DNA of 64,000 nucleotides from Candidatus Binatia bacterium (GTDB lineage: Bacteria; Desulfobacterota; Binatia; Bin18): contig OY763426.1 of the NCBI GenBank assembly GCA_963667495.1, positions 1,923,615 to 1,987,614 on the forward strand, written 5' to 3'. The notes beneath the pieces were generated by a model. That model was not told the DNA's origin, did no database searches, and was given only the letters and a program-made list of their open reading frames with translations. Below, one piece after another: positions 9,659-19,494 of the stretch. Positions within the stretch are counted from its first letter, which is position 1; every line of letters begins with the position of its first letter. The translations under genes were made by a program, and so were the position numbers.

Positions 9659-11209
9659 ATGGCGCGTCTTGGTTCGTTTTACGGAGTAGTCGGAGTCATT
9701 CTGCTGCTATTTGCCGGGGTGGCCTACTTCTTGACTCGCCATTTTTCGGCTTATGTTCTCGTTCATACGCTGACCGGTCTCGTGGCTGTGATTGGTGCAC
9801 TCGTCTCGTCCAGAGGGTCGGTCAAAACCTTTCTTGGTGAGCGCTCGACCAAATACGGAGCCAGTGCTGCGGTCTATTCCCTGCTCTTTATCAGTATCCT
9901 CATTCTGGTGAATTACCTGTCTACCCGTCACCATCACCGCTTCGACTTGACTGAGGCCAATATCTATAGCCTGTCTCCACAGTCAGAGAATGTGCTCCGT
10001 CAGTTGGATAAAAAACTTGAAATTGACGCCTTTGTCCAAGCCGGCTCGGACCCGCAACTGCGCGAACTGTTGAGTAGCTATGAGTATGATTCGGACAAAA
10101 TTTCTTCCCGGATCATCGATCCTGATCAGCGACCGGATTTGGCCGAGCGATTCCAGGTCACTACCCTGCCGACCGTTGTGTTGCGGTATGGGGACCAGAC
10201 CAATCTCATTAACAGAACAACAGAAGAAGACCTGACCAACGGCATCATCAAAATCTCTCGTCCGGACAAGAAAACCATTTACTTTCTCGAAGGTCACGGA
10301 GAGCCCAGCAGCCAGGACCTCCAGGATGCCGGGAGTTATGGGCAACTCAGGACCGCCCTTGAAAACGAGGGCTATGCCGTCAACACGCTGGTCCTCGCGC
10401 CGGATACAGCCGTACCGGAAGAGACCAATCTGCTGGTCGTGGCCGGCGCGCAGCGTTCTCTCCTGGCGCACGAGACCCAGTTGATCGATGCCTATTTGAA
10501 AAAGGCCGGCGCGGCCCTCTTCCTGCTCAACCCGCGGGCAACGCCAGAGCTGATTCCGTATCTGGCCCAGTGGGGGATTCAGGTCGGCAACGATGTCATC
10601 GTCGATGAACAACTCCAACTGCTGCGCGGACGAACGTTTACTCTCACCCCGCTGGCTCAGACCTATGGGGAACATCCGATCACTGCGGATCTGAGCCGAC
10701 GCGGCTCGGCGGCTCTCACGACCTACGGAATTTCCCGCTCGGTTGAAGCGGACGCCGACGGCCGGGCTGGAATCACACCAACCAGCTTGGTCAAGACCGG
10801 ACCGAACGCCTGGGCGGAAACCGACCTTGAGGAGGTGTTCCAAAACCAAAGCGTGCGGCTCGACGACCATGACCGCAAAGGCCCTATCTCGCTGGCTACT
10901 GCAGTCACCGTGGAGCTGAAAGAAATAGATCAGGAGCTTGAGGATACCGCCCGGATGGTTGTCTTTGGCAATGCCGGTTTTGCCAACAACCAGTTTATCG
11001 GCCAGTATTTTAACCGGGACTTGTTACTGAACACCGTGAGCTGGCTCGTCGGGGAAGAGGAGCTTATTTCCATCCGCCCCCGGACTATTCGCGCCTCGCG
11101 CGTTCAGCTCACAGCTGATCAAGGAACGACGGTCTTTTATCTCTCCGTCCTGATTCTACCCGAGATACTGCTCATTGCCGGGCTCGCCACGTGGTGGCGA
11201 CGGCGGTAA
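9659..11209 (+). CDS. GldG-like ABC-transporter auxiliary component
   Basis: N- and C-terminal TM anchors flank a large extracytoplasmic domain. It sits between the ABC-2 permease and a DUF4340 gene, the conserved GldA/GldF/GldG-type context. Confidence 0.6.
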   Translation: MARLGSFYGVVGVILLLFAGVAYFLTRHFSAYVLVHTLTGLVAVIGALVSSRGSVKTFLGERSTKYGASAAVYSLLFISILILVNYLSTRHHHRFDLTEANIYSLSPQSENVLRQLDKKLEIDAFVQAGSDPQLRELLSSYEYDSDKISSRIIDPDQRPDLAERFQVTTLPTVVLRYGDQTNLINRTTEEDLTNGIIKISRPDKKTIYFLEGHGEPSSQDLQDAGSYGQLRTALENEGYAVNTLVLAPDTAVPEETNLLVVAGAQRSLLAHETQLIDAYLKKAGAALFLLNPRATPELIPYLAQWGIQVGNDVIVDEQLQLLRGRTFTLTPLAQTYGEHPITADLSRRGSAALTTYGISRSVEADADGRAGITPTSLVKTGPNAWAETDLEEVFQNQSVRLDDHDRKGPISLATAVTVELKEIDQELEDTARMVVFGNAGFANNQFIGQYFNRDLLLNTVSWLVGEEELISIRPRTIRASRVQLTADQGTTVFYLSVLILPEILLIAGLATWWRRR

Positions 11210-11236
11210 GCGGTCTGTCTCTCCTCTACGCTGCGT

Positions 11237-12682
11237 ATGAGTGTGCCACGAACTATTCTCATGCTGATCGTCCTCCTGGGCCTGGGGGCGTACGTCTATT
11301 TTGTTGAGCTGCCAAAAGCCAAACAGGATACCGAAAAGCCGACGGTTTTGACATTTGAGAAGGAGTCGGTGGATACGTTGACCCTGACCTATCCCGAGCG
11401 AGAAATCAGTCTGCAACAGACCGCAGTGGGTGAGTGGAACCTCACGGCCCCCATACAGGCGAAAGCCGACGATACGGCGGTCAATAATATGTTGACCACC
11501 CTGGAAGACGAAGAGGTCACCCGCAGCCTGACCCCCCAGGAGCCGACCGACCTCGCCTTATATGGCCTGGCTCAGCCGCCCGTCGTTGTGCACCTTGTCC
11601 TGCAGGACGGCACGACACTGCCAAAAGTGTCGGTTGGCAAAGACACGCCTGTCGGATTTTCAGTCTATGTCCAAAAGGAAGGTGATCCGCAGCTTCATCT
11701 CACCCGTCAGGCGTTTCGCTTAGGACTCACCAAACACGTCAAAGAACTAAGAGATAAAGCGGTGCTACCGTTTGAGAGAGACAGTGTCACTCGGATAGCC
11801 ATCGATACCTCCGAGACCAGTATTGTTTTGGCCAAGACGGATGCTGGTTGGACGTTTGAACATCCCGCTCCATACGCCGTCGACGCCAGCGCTATACAAA
11901 CCTATCTCTCGACCCTGGAGGGCATCCGGGCAGAGGACTTCGTTGAGCAACCGCTGCTCGACCTGTCAGCTTTTGGACTCGACCCCGCTCAACTGACCGT
12001 TTCGCTCCACCTTGGGGAAGACACAAAACGAACACTATCGGTTGGAGACGAGAAAAGCGTGGATGCGGGGACAACGCAGCGTTACCTCAAGCGTGACAAT
12101 GGAGAAACGTTGTATCTTGTGCGCGCGGGTCTGCTGAAAGACCTGAGTAAGTCCGTCACCGATTTCCGAGATAAGGCTGTCGTCAGCATACCGGAAGGGA
12201 AAATCACCCAAGTCGTGATCACGCGCCAAGGGGGAGCGGGATTTACGCTCTCGCGAGAGGAAGAGAACGCGTGGGAAATTGACAGCAAATCTGAAGGAAC
12301 GCTCAAGACAGCCACCCTCAGCCAATTTGTCACTGATCTGCGAGAACTACGCGGATTCGAGATCGCCGCCGATAACCCGGAAGACTTGAGTCTATATGGA
12401 CTCGATGATCCGGCGGTCACCCTTGTCGCCACAGATAAGACCGGCGAAAAACTCGCGACTGTCTTTCTCGGCCAGACAACCCAAGAGGGAACGGAAAAGC
12501 ACTTTGCCATGCGGGCGGGAGGAGAGACCGTCTTTACCCTGCGGGATTATGTTTTTTCCCGGTTCGATAAGAATCCGGAAGATTTTTGGGAAAAGCCGGA
12601 GCCGGAAACGGAGAGCGCAGAGGAAACGCCCGCCTCAGAGCACAGGGAAGGGGTAGATGTTCAAGAAGAATTGCTGGAATGA
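11237..12682 (+). CDS. DUF4340 domain protein
   Basis: N-terminal TM anchor, then repeated beta-rich modules. DUF4340 genes canonically follow gldG-like genes. Confidence 0.5.
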   Translation: MSVPRTILMLIVLLGLGAYVYFVELPKAKQDTEKPTVLTFEKESVDTLTLTYPEREISLQQTAVGEWNLTAPIQAKADDTAVNNMLTTLEDEEVTRSLTPQEPTDLALYGLAQPPVVVHLVLQDGTTLPKVSVGKDTPVGFSVYVQKEGDPQLHLTRQAFRLGLTKHVKELRDKAVLPFERDSVTRIAIDTSETSIVLAKTDAGWTFEHPAPYAVDASAIQTYLSTLEGIRAEDFVEQPLLDLSAFGLDPAQLTVSLHLGEDTKRTLSVGDEKSVDAGTTQRYLKRDNGETLYLVRAGLLKDLSKSVTDFRDKAVVSIPEGKITQVVITRQGGAGFTLSREEENAWEIDSKSEGTLKTATLSQFVTDLRELRGFEIAADNPEDLSLYGLDDPAVTLVATDKTGEKLATVFLGQTTQEGTEKHFAMRAGGETVFTLRDYVFSRFDKNPEDFWEKPEPETESAEETPASEHREGVDVQEELLE

Positions 12683-12784
12683 ACCCACCCCGGCCCTTTG
12701 GGCCACCCCTCCCAAGAGGGGATAAAAAGCTCCCCTCCTTGGAGGGGTGCCGCGTCAGCGGCGGGGTGGGTTCCTCACCTCGCC
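12681..12784. repeat. palindromic GC-rich repeat element (family R), full copy starting at the stop codon of the upstream gene
   Basis: GAACCCACCCCGGCC...CCACCCCTCC-NNGG-AGGGGAT...ATCCCCTCCTTGGAGGGGTG..GGCGGGGTGGGTTCC, a nested inverted repeat. Confidence 0.85.
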
Positions 12785-12809
12785 GCTCAAAAGGCATTTC
12801 ATGAGACCA

Positions 12810-13505
12810 CTAATTTTCAATCACGACTTCAACCCGGCGATTTTTGGCTCGACCAGTTGAGTTATCCGACCCATCGGGATTGGTATTGGGCGCAACCGGA
12901 TACCGTTCGCCGTACCCCGTTGTTGTTACACGGGCCTGGTCGACACCCGAGGTCGCCAAGGTACTGGCGACACTAGCCGCCCGTCTTTCAGATAAGCGTT
13001 GGTTTGCTTCTTCGCCGCCAATAGCATCGGTATGACCTTCAATCGACACCCGTCGTCCCTGGGCCTGATCATTCAGCACGTCAGCAATGTCCTGAACTCG
13101 ACTCTGAGCATCACCGGTCAAATCGGACCGACCGAATTCAAACAACACATCCGGAAGATTGACCACCACACCGCGCTCGGTTTCACGCGCCTCAAGATTA
13201 CGTCGCTTGAGTTCTTCAAGCAGTTGGCGATTCCGTGATATTGCCTGGCGTTGCCGTTCAATTTGCTGCTGGTTCGCTGCGAGTTCCGTATCGCGTTTTT
13301 GAAATTGATTACCGACGACTGCGCCGGTGACACCCCCCAGCGCCCCACCAATAGCAGCTCCGGCCCCCGGATTCCCAACCGCAGCGCCAATAATTGCGCC
13401 GGTGGCGGCCCCAAGACCCGCGCCCCCCAAGGTACTCTTCTCTCGGGTTGACAACGGCTGCGCGCAGCCGACCGTGCAGACAAACATGAACAGCGACAGA
13501 TAAAG
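12810..13505 (-). CDS. OmpA-family outer-membrane lipoprotein with glycine-zipper N-domain
   Basis: Lipobox FVCTVGC. Glycine zipper GGAGLGAATGAIIGAAVGNPGAGAAIGGALGG. C-terminal OmpA_C motifs (FEFGRSDL, IEGHTD, N..LSERRA). Confidence 0.85.
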   Translation of the reverse strand, partial: LYLSLFMFVCTVGCAQPLSTREKSTLGGAGLGAATGAIIGAAVGNPGAGAAIGGALGGVTGAVVGNQFQKRDTELAANQQQIERQRQAISRNRQLLEELKRRNLEARETERGVVVNLPDVLFEFGRSDLTGDAQSRVQDIADVLNDQAQGRRVSIEGHTDAIGGEEANQRLSERRAASVASTLATSGVDQARVTTTGYGERYPVAPNTNPDGSDNSTGRAKNRRVEVVIEN

Positions 13506-13540
13506 AACGGTCTTTCTCATAGCCAACACTTTACTCCCGT

Positions 13541-13883
13541 CTAGTATTCCTGCTGCCGTTTGAGTTCTTCGAGTTCCTGCCGCTGCTGCTCAAGCTCGCG
13601 CTGCTGCTGCTCGAGCTGAAGTTGCTGGTTCTGCTGCTGAGTTTCTTGATTCTGCATTTTGTCCCCGACGACGGCGCCGGTGACGCCCCCTAGCGCTCCA
13701 CCAATGGCGGCTCCAGCCCCAGGACTCCCAACGACGGCGCCGATAATTGCGCCAGTTGCGGCACCGAGACCCGCGCCACCCAGTGTCCCCTTCTCCCGAG
13801 TTGAGAGTGGTTGAGAGCAGGCGCTCACAAGAAACGCCGCCAGCACCAGGATACCACCCCATCGTATCTTGCTCTTTGTGCAC
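13541..13883 (-). CDS. glycine-zipper lipoprotein, paralog of the N-domain of the adjacent OmpA lipoprotein, with Q-rich coiled-coil tail
   Basis: Lipobox LVSACS. A near-identical 60-aa glycine-zipper block. The start is set at the internal ATG after the lipoprotein signal. Confidence 0.7.
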
Positions 13884-14146
13884 ATCGCAGACCTCCCAGA
13901 CTCCGATCTTCTCCTATTCTTTACTCTGGTATCGGAATAAATCTTTACCTTTTCCACCTTAATCGGCCCCTGGTATCGGGTCAATATCACGAGGGGGAAT
14001 CCGCGTAGGATTCGGTAGAATGACACCGAAACGCGGTCCCTATAGGGGCCGTTGTCCCAAGGAGAGCCGCAGCGTCCATCCAGCGAATGCTGGCCCTTCA
14101 TATCCCGTGCGAATGGACAAGAAAGGAATCAATCTTTGAGCAGCAG

Positions 14147-17100
14147 TTAGACAGACTCACGTTGTACGCCCACCGTCAGGTTCGCTCCATCAATCTCTAC
14201 ACTCTGGACCTGATCTCCACTTGGCTGGCGGTGCACCAGGGCGCGGGCCAAGGTCTCTTGTTGGATATAGGTTTTGTGCTGCGTAATGGCATCACGTAAG
14301 CGCCCGTCCGCTTCATAGGTGACCGCAATGCGGTCTTCTACCTGATAGCCGGCTTCCTTGCGGAGTTGTTGGATATAATGCACAACCTCACGCGCCAACC
14401 CTTCCGCGATCAGGTCATCGTTTAGTTCGCACGGAAAATCGATAGAGATAAATCGATCCGAACGGATATCCGGCAGCCCTTCACGCGCGTGGCGCAGGAT
14501 CTGAATCTCATCGGGTTGGAAGGCGTCACCATTGAGTTGAATCGGTTCTCCCGCCTCAAGGATGAGCATCTGATCGAGGGGCAGATCGGTAATCCGTTTG
14601 CGAATCTGACCAAACGCCTTTCCAAAGCGAGGGCCGAGGAGCTGCGCGTTTGGCTTCGCACTGAGCGTCACTTTCTCAGCCTCCGCTGTGCTGTACACGA
14701 TCTCTTTGACGTTCAATTCTTCCTGCATATAGCCTTCCAACGGAAGTAACTCATCAAGAATCACTTGTTGACGATGGAGGATCGTTAGTGTTTGGAGCGG
14801 GATGCGTACTTTGACTTTCCGTTCGTTCCGCAAACTCCGCCCCAGCAAGATCACCCGCTGCATCCGAGCCACGGCATCTTCGAGCCGAGTGTCCACCTGG
14901 CTTTCATCGTAATCGGGGAACGGTTCGAGATGCACACTCTCTTCTGTCCCAGCCTCCTGGAGCGTGACCAGATTGGTATAAATGGCGTCTGCCAGAAACG
15001 GCGTAAACGGGGCCATGAGCTTGGAAAATGTCAACAGGACATCGTACAGGGCCTGATAGGCAAACTGCTTGTCAGCCACATCGTCCTCACTCCAAAAACG
15101 ACGCCGGTTGAGACGGACATACCAATTGGTCAACTCGTTGAGAAAATCCAGCAGCGCGGGGACCACGTTATACAGCCGATACTGCTCCATCTCGGTACTG
15201 ACCCGGCGAATGAGGGTCTGTTTGCGCGAAAGAATCCAGCGATCCAGAATATTGGGTGATGGCTCCTCCAGCGCGTGTGACGGGCGCCACTCGTCAACCA
15301 AGGCATACGTGACAAAGAATTTATAGGCGTTCCACCAGGGCAGGAGCAGGCGGCGGACCGTCTCCCGCACGCCGCGCTCACTAAAGCGGAGTTCTTCGGC
15401 CCGGACCAGGGGCGAGTTGATCAGATAGAGGCGCAGGGCATCGGCCCCATGCTCGTCCAGAATCTCTTCGGGCTCAGGATAGTTCTTGAGCCGCTTGCTC
15501 ATCTTCTTACCGTCTTCGGCCAGCACCATCCCGTTGACAACAACGTTGTGGAAAGCCGGCTTGTCAAACAGCGCAGCGGCGACGACCACCAGGGTGTAAA
15601 ACCAGCCTCGGGTCTGGTCCAGCCCTTCGGCAACAAAGTCTGCGGGAAACACCCGTGAGAACTGTTCTGCGTTCTCAAATGGATAGTGAATTTGCGCGTA
15701 GGGCATCGAACCGCTCTCGAACCAGCAGTCGAATACCTGCGGCACCCGCCGCATGACGCCGGTCCCGGTTGAATCGGGAAATGTCAGGTCATCGACAAAT
15801 TCACGGTGGAGATCGTCCACCCGCGTGCCGGTCCGCTCGGCGAGTTCATCAATGCTGCCCAGACACACGACTTCGGAGCCGGTCTCGTTTTTCCAAATCG
15901 GCAGCGGCGTCCCCCAGTACCGATTGCGGCTAATCGCCCAGTCGCGCGCGTTCTCCAGCCAGTTGCCAAAGCGCCCGTCTCGCAGATGATCCGGGACCCA
16001 GGTCGTCAGCTGATTATTTTTCACCAGTCGCTCACGAAAGGCTTCAACCCGGACAAACCAGGTCGTGACGGCCTTATAGATGAGCGGGGTCTCGCTCCGC
16101 CAACAGAAGGGATAACTGTGCTGGATCGTACCCTGGTGAACGAGCTGTTTTGCCTGCTTGAGCTGCTGAATGATTTTGGGGTCGGCTTCCTTGACGTGCA
16201 GGCCCGCAAAATCCCTGACGACCGGGGTAAACCGACCGTCATCATCGACCGGATTCACCAAGGGAATGCCCGCCTGCTGGCAGGCATAAAAATCCTCTTC
16301 CCCAAAGGCCGGGGCCATATGAACGATGCCGGTCCCGTCTTCGGTGGTCACATGCTCGGACTCGATGACCCGAAAGGCGCCCGCCTCCTTTTGGTCGACA
16401 AAATAGGGAAACAGCGGAGTAAACGTCCGTCCGGCGAGGTCCTTGCCCTGATAGCGGGCCTCAATGGTGTAGCTGTCTTCTTTGGGGAAGTAGGTCTTGA
16501 GCCGGGCCTCGGCCATAATATAGCCGGCATTATCCGCGTGGTCGCGGACCTTCACATAGTCGATGTCAGAGCCGACGGCTAAGGCCAGATTCGACGGCAG
16601 GGTCCAGGGCGTGGTGGTCCAGGCAATAAAAAAGACCTGCTCTTCGCCTTCGGCGGCAAAGCGAACCGTGATGGCCGGGTCTTGAACATCTTTATAGTTC
16701 AGATTGGCTTCAAAATTTGACAGCACTGTTCCCAGCCGGGTGGAAAATGGCAGGACCTTATAGCCTTCATAGACCAAATCCTGGTCCCACATCTGCTGGA
16801 AGACCCACCACACCGTCTCCATAAAGGAGGCGTCCATGGTCCGATAGTCATTCCGGAAATCGACCCAGCGGCCCATCCGCCGCACCGTTTTTTCCCACTC
16901 CTGAGTGTAGCGCAGAACAATCTTCCGGCATTCATTATTGAAATTGGCAATCCCGAATTTTTCGATCTCGGCCTTGCCACTCACCCCGAGAGCCTGTTCG
17001 ATTTCCATCTCGACCGGCAGACCGTGACAGTCCCAGCCAAATCGGCGGTCCACATACCGCCCGCGCATGGTCCAAAAACGGGGGATAATGTCTTTAATCG

Positions 17101-17284
17101 TCCCAGCCAATAAATGTCCGTAGTGCGGCAATCCGGTCGCAAAGGGCGGGCCGTCATAGAAAATAAAGGGCGGTTGCGCTTGGGTTTTGGCCAAGGTCTT
17201 CTTGAAAATATCGTGTTTGTCCCACGCCTGTAGCACTGCCAGTTCGACCTCGGACAGCTTCACGTTTTCCGCAACCGGTTTCAT
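14147..17284 (-). CDS. ileS: isoleucine--tRNA ligase, type 2
   Basis: HYGH motif, KMSKRLKNYPEP and a 1045-aa length lacking the type-1 zinc-binding C-terminus. Confidence 0.95.
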   Translation of the reverse strand: MKPVAENVKLSEVELAVLQAWDKHDIFKKTLAKTQAQPPFIFYDGPPFATGLPHYGHLLAGTIKDIIPRFWTMRGRYVDRRFGWDCHGLPVEMEIEQALGVSGKAEIEKFGIANFNNECRKIVLRYTQEWEKTVRRMGRWVDFRNDYRTMDASFMETVWWVFQQMWDQDLVYEGYKVLPFSTRLGTVLSNFEANLNYKDVQDPAITVRFAAEGEEQVFFIAWTTTPWTLPSNLALAVGSDIDYVKVRDHADNAGYIMAEARLKTYFPKEDSYTIEARYQGKDLAGRTFTPLFPYFVDQKEAGAFRVIESEHVTTEDGTGIVHMAPAFGEEDFYACQQAGIPLVNPVDDDGRFTPVVRDFAGLHVKEADPKIIQQLKQAKQLVHQGTIQHSYPFCWRSETPLIYKAVTTWFVRVEAFRERLVKNNQLTTWVPDHLRDGRFGNWLENARDWAISRNRYWGTPLPIWKNETGSEVVCLGSIDELAERTGTRVDDLHREFVDDLTFPDSTGTGVMRRVPQVFDCWFESGSMPYAQIHYPFENAEQFSRVFPADFVAEGLDQTRGWFYTLVVVAAALFDKPAFHNVVVNGMVLAEDGKKMSKRLKNYPEPEEILDEHGADALRLYLINSPLVRAEELRFSERGVRETVRRLLLPWWNAYKFFVTYALVDEWRPSHALEEPSPNILDRWILSRKQTLIRRVSTEMEQYRLYNVVPALLDFLNELTNWYVRLNRRRFWSEDDVADKQFAYQALYDVLLTFSKLMAPFTPFLADAIYTNLVTLQEAGTEESVHLEPFPDYDESQVDTRLEDAVARMQRVILLGRSLRNERKVKVRIPLQTLTILHRQQVILDELLPLEGYMQEELNVKEIVYSTAEAEKVTLSAKPNAQLLGPRFGKAFGQIRKRITDLPLDQMLILEAGEPIQLNGDAFQPDEIQILRHAREGLPDIRSDRFISIDFPCELNDDLIAEGLAREVVHYIQQLRKEAGYQVEDRIAVTYEADGRLRDAITQHKTYIQQETLARALVHRQPSGDQVQSVEIDGANLTVGVQRESV

Positions 17285-17690
17285 CGCGTCGTATTCCTCA
17301 CCCGAAGAGTAGATTTGCCGTCTAGGCTACCGATTGGGCTATCTTTTTGCTAGAGGGCACTCGAAACGGGCGGACTTGACCCTGTGTCACAGAAGGGCCA
17401 TGAATAGACCATCAGGAAAAAAGAAGACGGCAAGCATCACACTGAGAGGAGACTGTGCGGATGGGCAAACGGATGATGGTCAACTTCGGCAAGGAAGGCT
17501 TTCCGCAGTACGAGGAGGTTGAGGAGGAGGGCATGGCAAAACCCTGTGCGATGGGCCTGCCATGGGTGAATCCCGATACCGTCAGAACGCTTGCGCTGAG
17601 GCAGGTCGGACGGACCGGCCCCAAAGGGGAGACCCTGGAAGCTGCCGAAGCACCGCCCGAAACCGCGTCCGAGCCGAACGAATAAATCGT

Positions 17691-18122
17691 CTAGCCTCGG
17701 GGGAGACGCTTGGCTGTAGGCTTTGGCCGTTGACGTCGCTTCACGGGCTTCTGAGACGCCACGGCGAAATCAGGGTCACCGTCCGGGGCTAACAACGGGT
17801 GCTGATGGAGACGTATCCCAAAAAAATAACAACAGGACTGGCTATCGAGGTTATTATCAAAGGTGCGCTGCTGACCATCCTCAAAGTCCACCCGCGCTAA
17901 GCAGGTCCCCCCTTCCAGGACCGAGGTCATTTCCTCAACCACCTCGCCGGTACCCCATTCTTCATAGTGGCGATGGATCACATAATCTCCAACCGGAGAT
18001 ACAAACGGTGTTTGGCAGACATGCGGCAGCCTTACGGGCAAGTCAGATTGCGTTTGCAAGGGTTGTAGCTGAAAACATGTGGCGATGGAAGCAAGTGATG
18101 AAAAAGCGACAGCGAGGTCCAC
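17691..18122 (-). CDS. hypothetical protein, possible DUF3553-like (GDxVxHxxWGxGxV) domain; start uncertain
   Basis: VGDYVIHRHYEEWGTGEVVEE...VDFEDGQQRTF motif recalled as DUF3553-like. Weak. Confidence 0.25.
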   Translation of the reverse strand: MDLAVAFSSLASIATCFQLQPLQTQSDLPVRLPHVCQTPFVSPVGDYVIHRHYEEWGTGEVVEEMTSVLEGGTCLARVDFEDGQQRTFDNNLDSQSCCYFFGIRLHQHPLLAPDGDPDFAVASQKPVKRRQRPKPTAKRLPRG

Positions 18123-18131
18123 GCCGACGAT

Positions 18132-19007
18132 TCACGCCGAAAGCCCGCTATCCTGCAGAATAGATGCCCTCCTTCGGTAGGGAGCGTGGAAAGAGACATT
18201 CTTCGCCCAGGCTGCAAGCGGCAGACCGCTTGTCCCGGAGCGCTCTGCCAGAGCGGCTCGATTCCGTATTAGCCTGGGGTCCAGGGAAACCGTATCACTG
18301 CCCATCACAACGACATTGCCGCTCGGTACCGAGCAGGCAGTCGTATACCGGAAGGCCGCGGCAAACGTCCTGCGCGCGGCATCATACACTGGTGTAGAAG
18401 AGTGCAGGTTGGAAACGACCAGCCCGTGGGGACCCAGGCACGCACGGCATTCGGCGTAGAAATCGTAAGTCAAAAGATGGGGAGTAACCCCTTCGGCTCG
18501 GTAGGCGTCCAACATGATAAGATCGTAGGTCGTCCCAGCCGCTCGTGCGCGTACATACGACCTGCCATCGGCAATCACAGCGCGCTGACGCTCGTCCGGG
18601 AAAAACCCAAAGAAGCGGGTAGCAATGTCAACAACGAGGGGATCAAGTTCAACGCTATCGAGTTGCGCGTTTTCAAAAACATGGTGCAATACCATTTGCA
18701 GCCGCCCGCCCCCAAGGCCGATCAAAAGAATACGCCGTGGCTGAGCACACCACACCAGGGCTAACACCATAGCCTGAGTGTAGGGGGAGAGGAGGTCCAA
18801 GGGAGAGCGGGGGTCGAGCCGGGATTGGACTTCTTCAACGCGACTCTGCTGGTGTCGATAGCACAGCAGCAACTGATTATGCTTTCTGCGGATGACGACA
18901 TGGTTGTAGGCAGACCGGCGCTCAAAGAGGACGCCCTGTGGAGAGCGACGGAGTGGGGCGAGGCGACGGGTGATTGCCGCCAGATTGTGTTCTTGCCAGG
19001 GGGACAT
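18132..19007 (-). CDS. spermidine-synthase-like (polyamine aminopropyltransferase fold) protein
   Basis: The LLIGLGGG..., D-x-vElDp, DAY blocks typical of the spermine/spermidine synthase family. Confidence 0.6.
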   Translation of the reverse strand: MSPWQEHNLAAITRRLAPLRRSPQGVLFERRSAYNHVVIRRKHNQLLLCYRHQQSRVEEVQSRLDPRSPLDLLSPYTQAMVLALVWCAQPRRILLIGLGGGRLQMVLHHVFENAQLDSVELDPLVVDIATRFFGFFPDERQRAVIADGRSYVRARAAGTTYDLIMLDAYRAEGVTPHLLTYDFYAECRACLGPHGLVVSNLHSSTPVYDAARRTFAAAFRYTTACSVPSGNVVVMGSDTVSLDPRLIRNRAALAERSGTSGLPLAAWAKNVSFHAPYRRRASILQDSGLSA

Positions 19008-19074
19008 GCCTGAGTGGGGTCCGGATATTGGCTTGACTATTCGGGCTCAGGCCGGGCTTTATCTTCCCTAGCCC

Positions 19075-19494
19075 CTACCTGCTCTGGGTCGCAATAGCCA
19101 AACGACCGAGCCCTTCGGTGCGAGCCAGGTCCATGACCTGAACGACTCGATTATGGGTGACATCGCCGTCCGCCCGAATAACAAGTGTCACGTCTGCGCC
19201 TTGGCTCTTTTCGGCCTTAAAGCGGGCTTCGAGTTCGGCAATAGTCGTCGGTGTCTCGCCCAAGAAGAGTTGACCATCTTTCTTTAGGCTCACGCTCAGG
19301 CGTTTTTTTTCAGCCGGAGGTTTCGCCGATGCGGCCTTGGGCAGGCTCACGTCGACCTGGCCTTCGCGTGTTTTCTGAAAGGTTGCCAGAAAGCTGAACG
19401 TGATGAAGAAGAAGATGAACATATTGATGATGATATCAGTGAGCGCCAGCGGCTCCATACTCGTCAAGATTTTCGCTTTGCGCTTAAACTGCAT
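19075..19494 (-). CDS. exbD: biopolymer transport protein ExbD/TolR
   Basis: Single N-terminal TM. ExbD periplasmic domain pattern (L.I..DG.......V). Confidence 0.85.
   Translation of the reverse strand: MQFKRKAKILTSMEPLALTDIIINMFIFFFITFSFLATFQKTREGQVDVSLPKAASAKPPAEKKRLSVSLKKDGQLFLGETPTTIAELEARFKAEKSQGADVTLVIRADGDVTHNRVVQVMDLARTEGLGRLAIATQSR

Noticed and set aside
9983-10870. 295-aa minus-strand ORF
   Set aside because: Antisense to the gldG-like gene.
15806-16582. 258-aa plus-strand ORF
   Set aside because: Antisense to ileS.
17285-17460. Possible tRNA in the ileS upstream region
   Set aside because: No cloverleaf or T-loop consensus (GTTCRANYC) found by eye.
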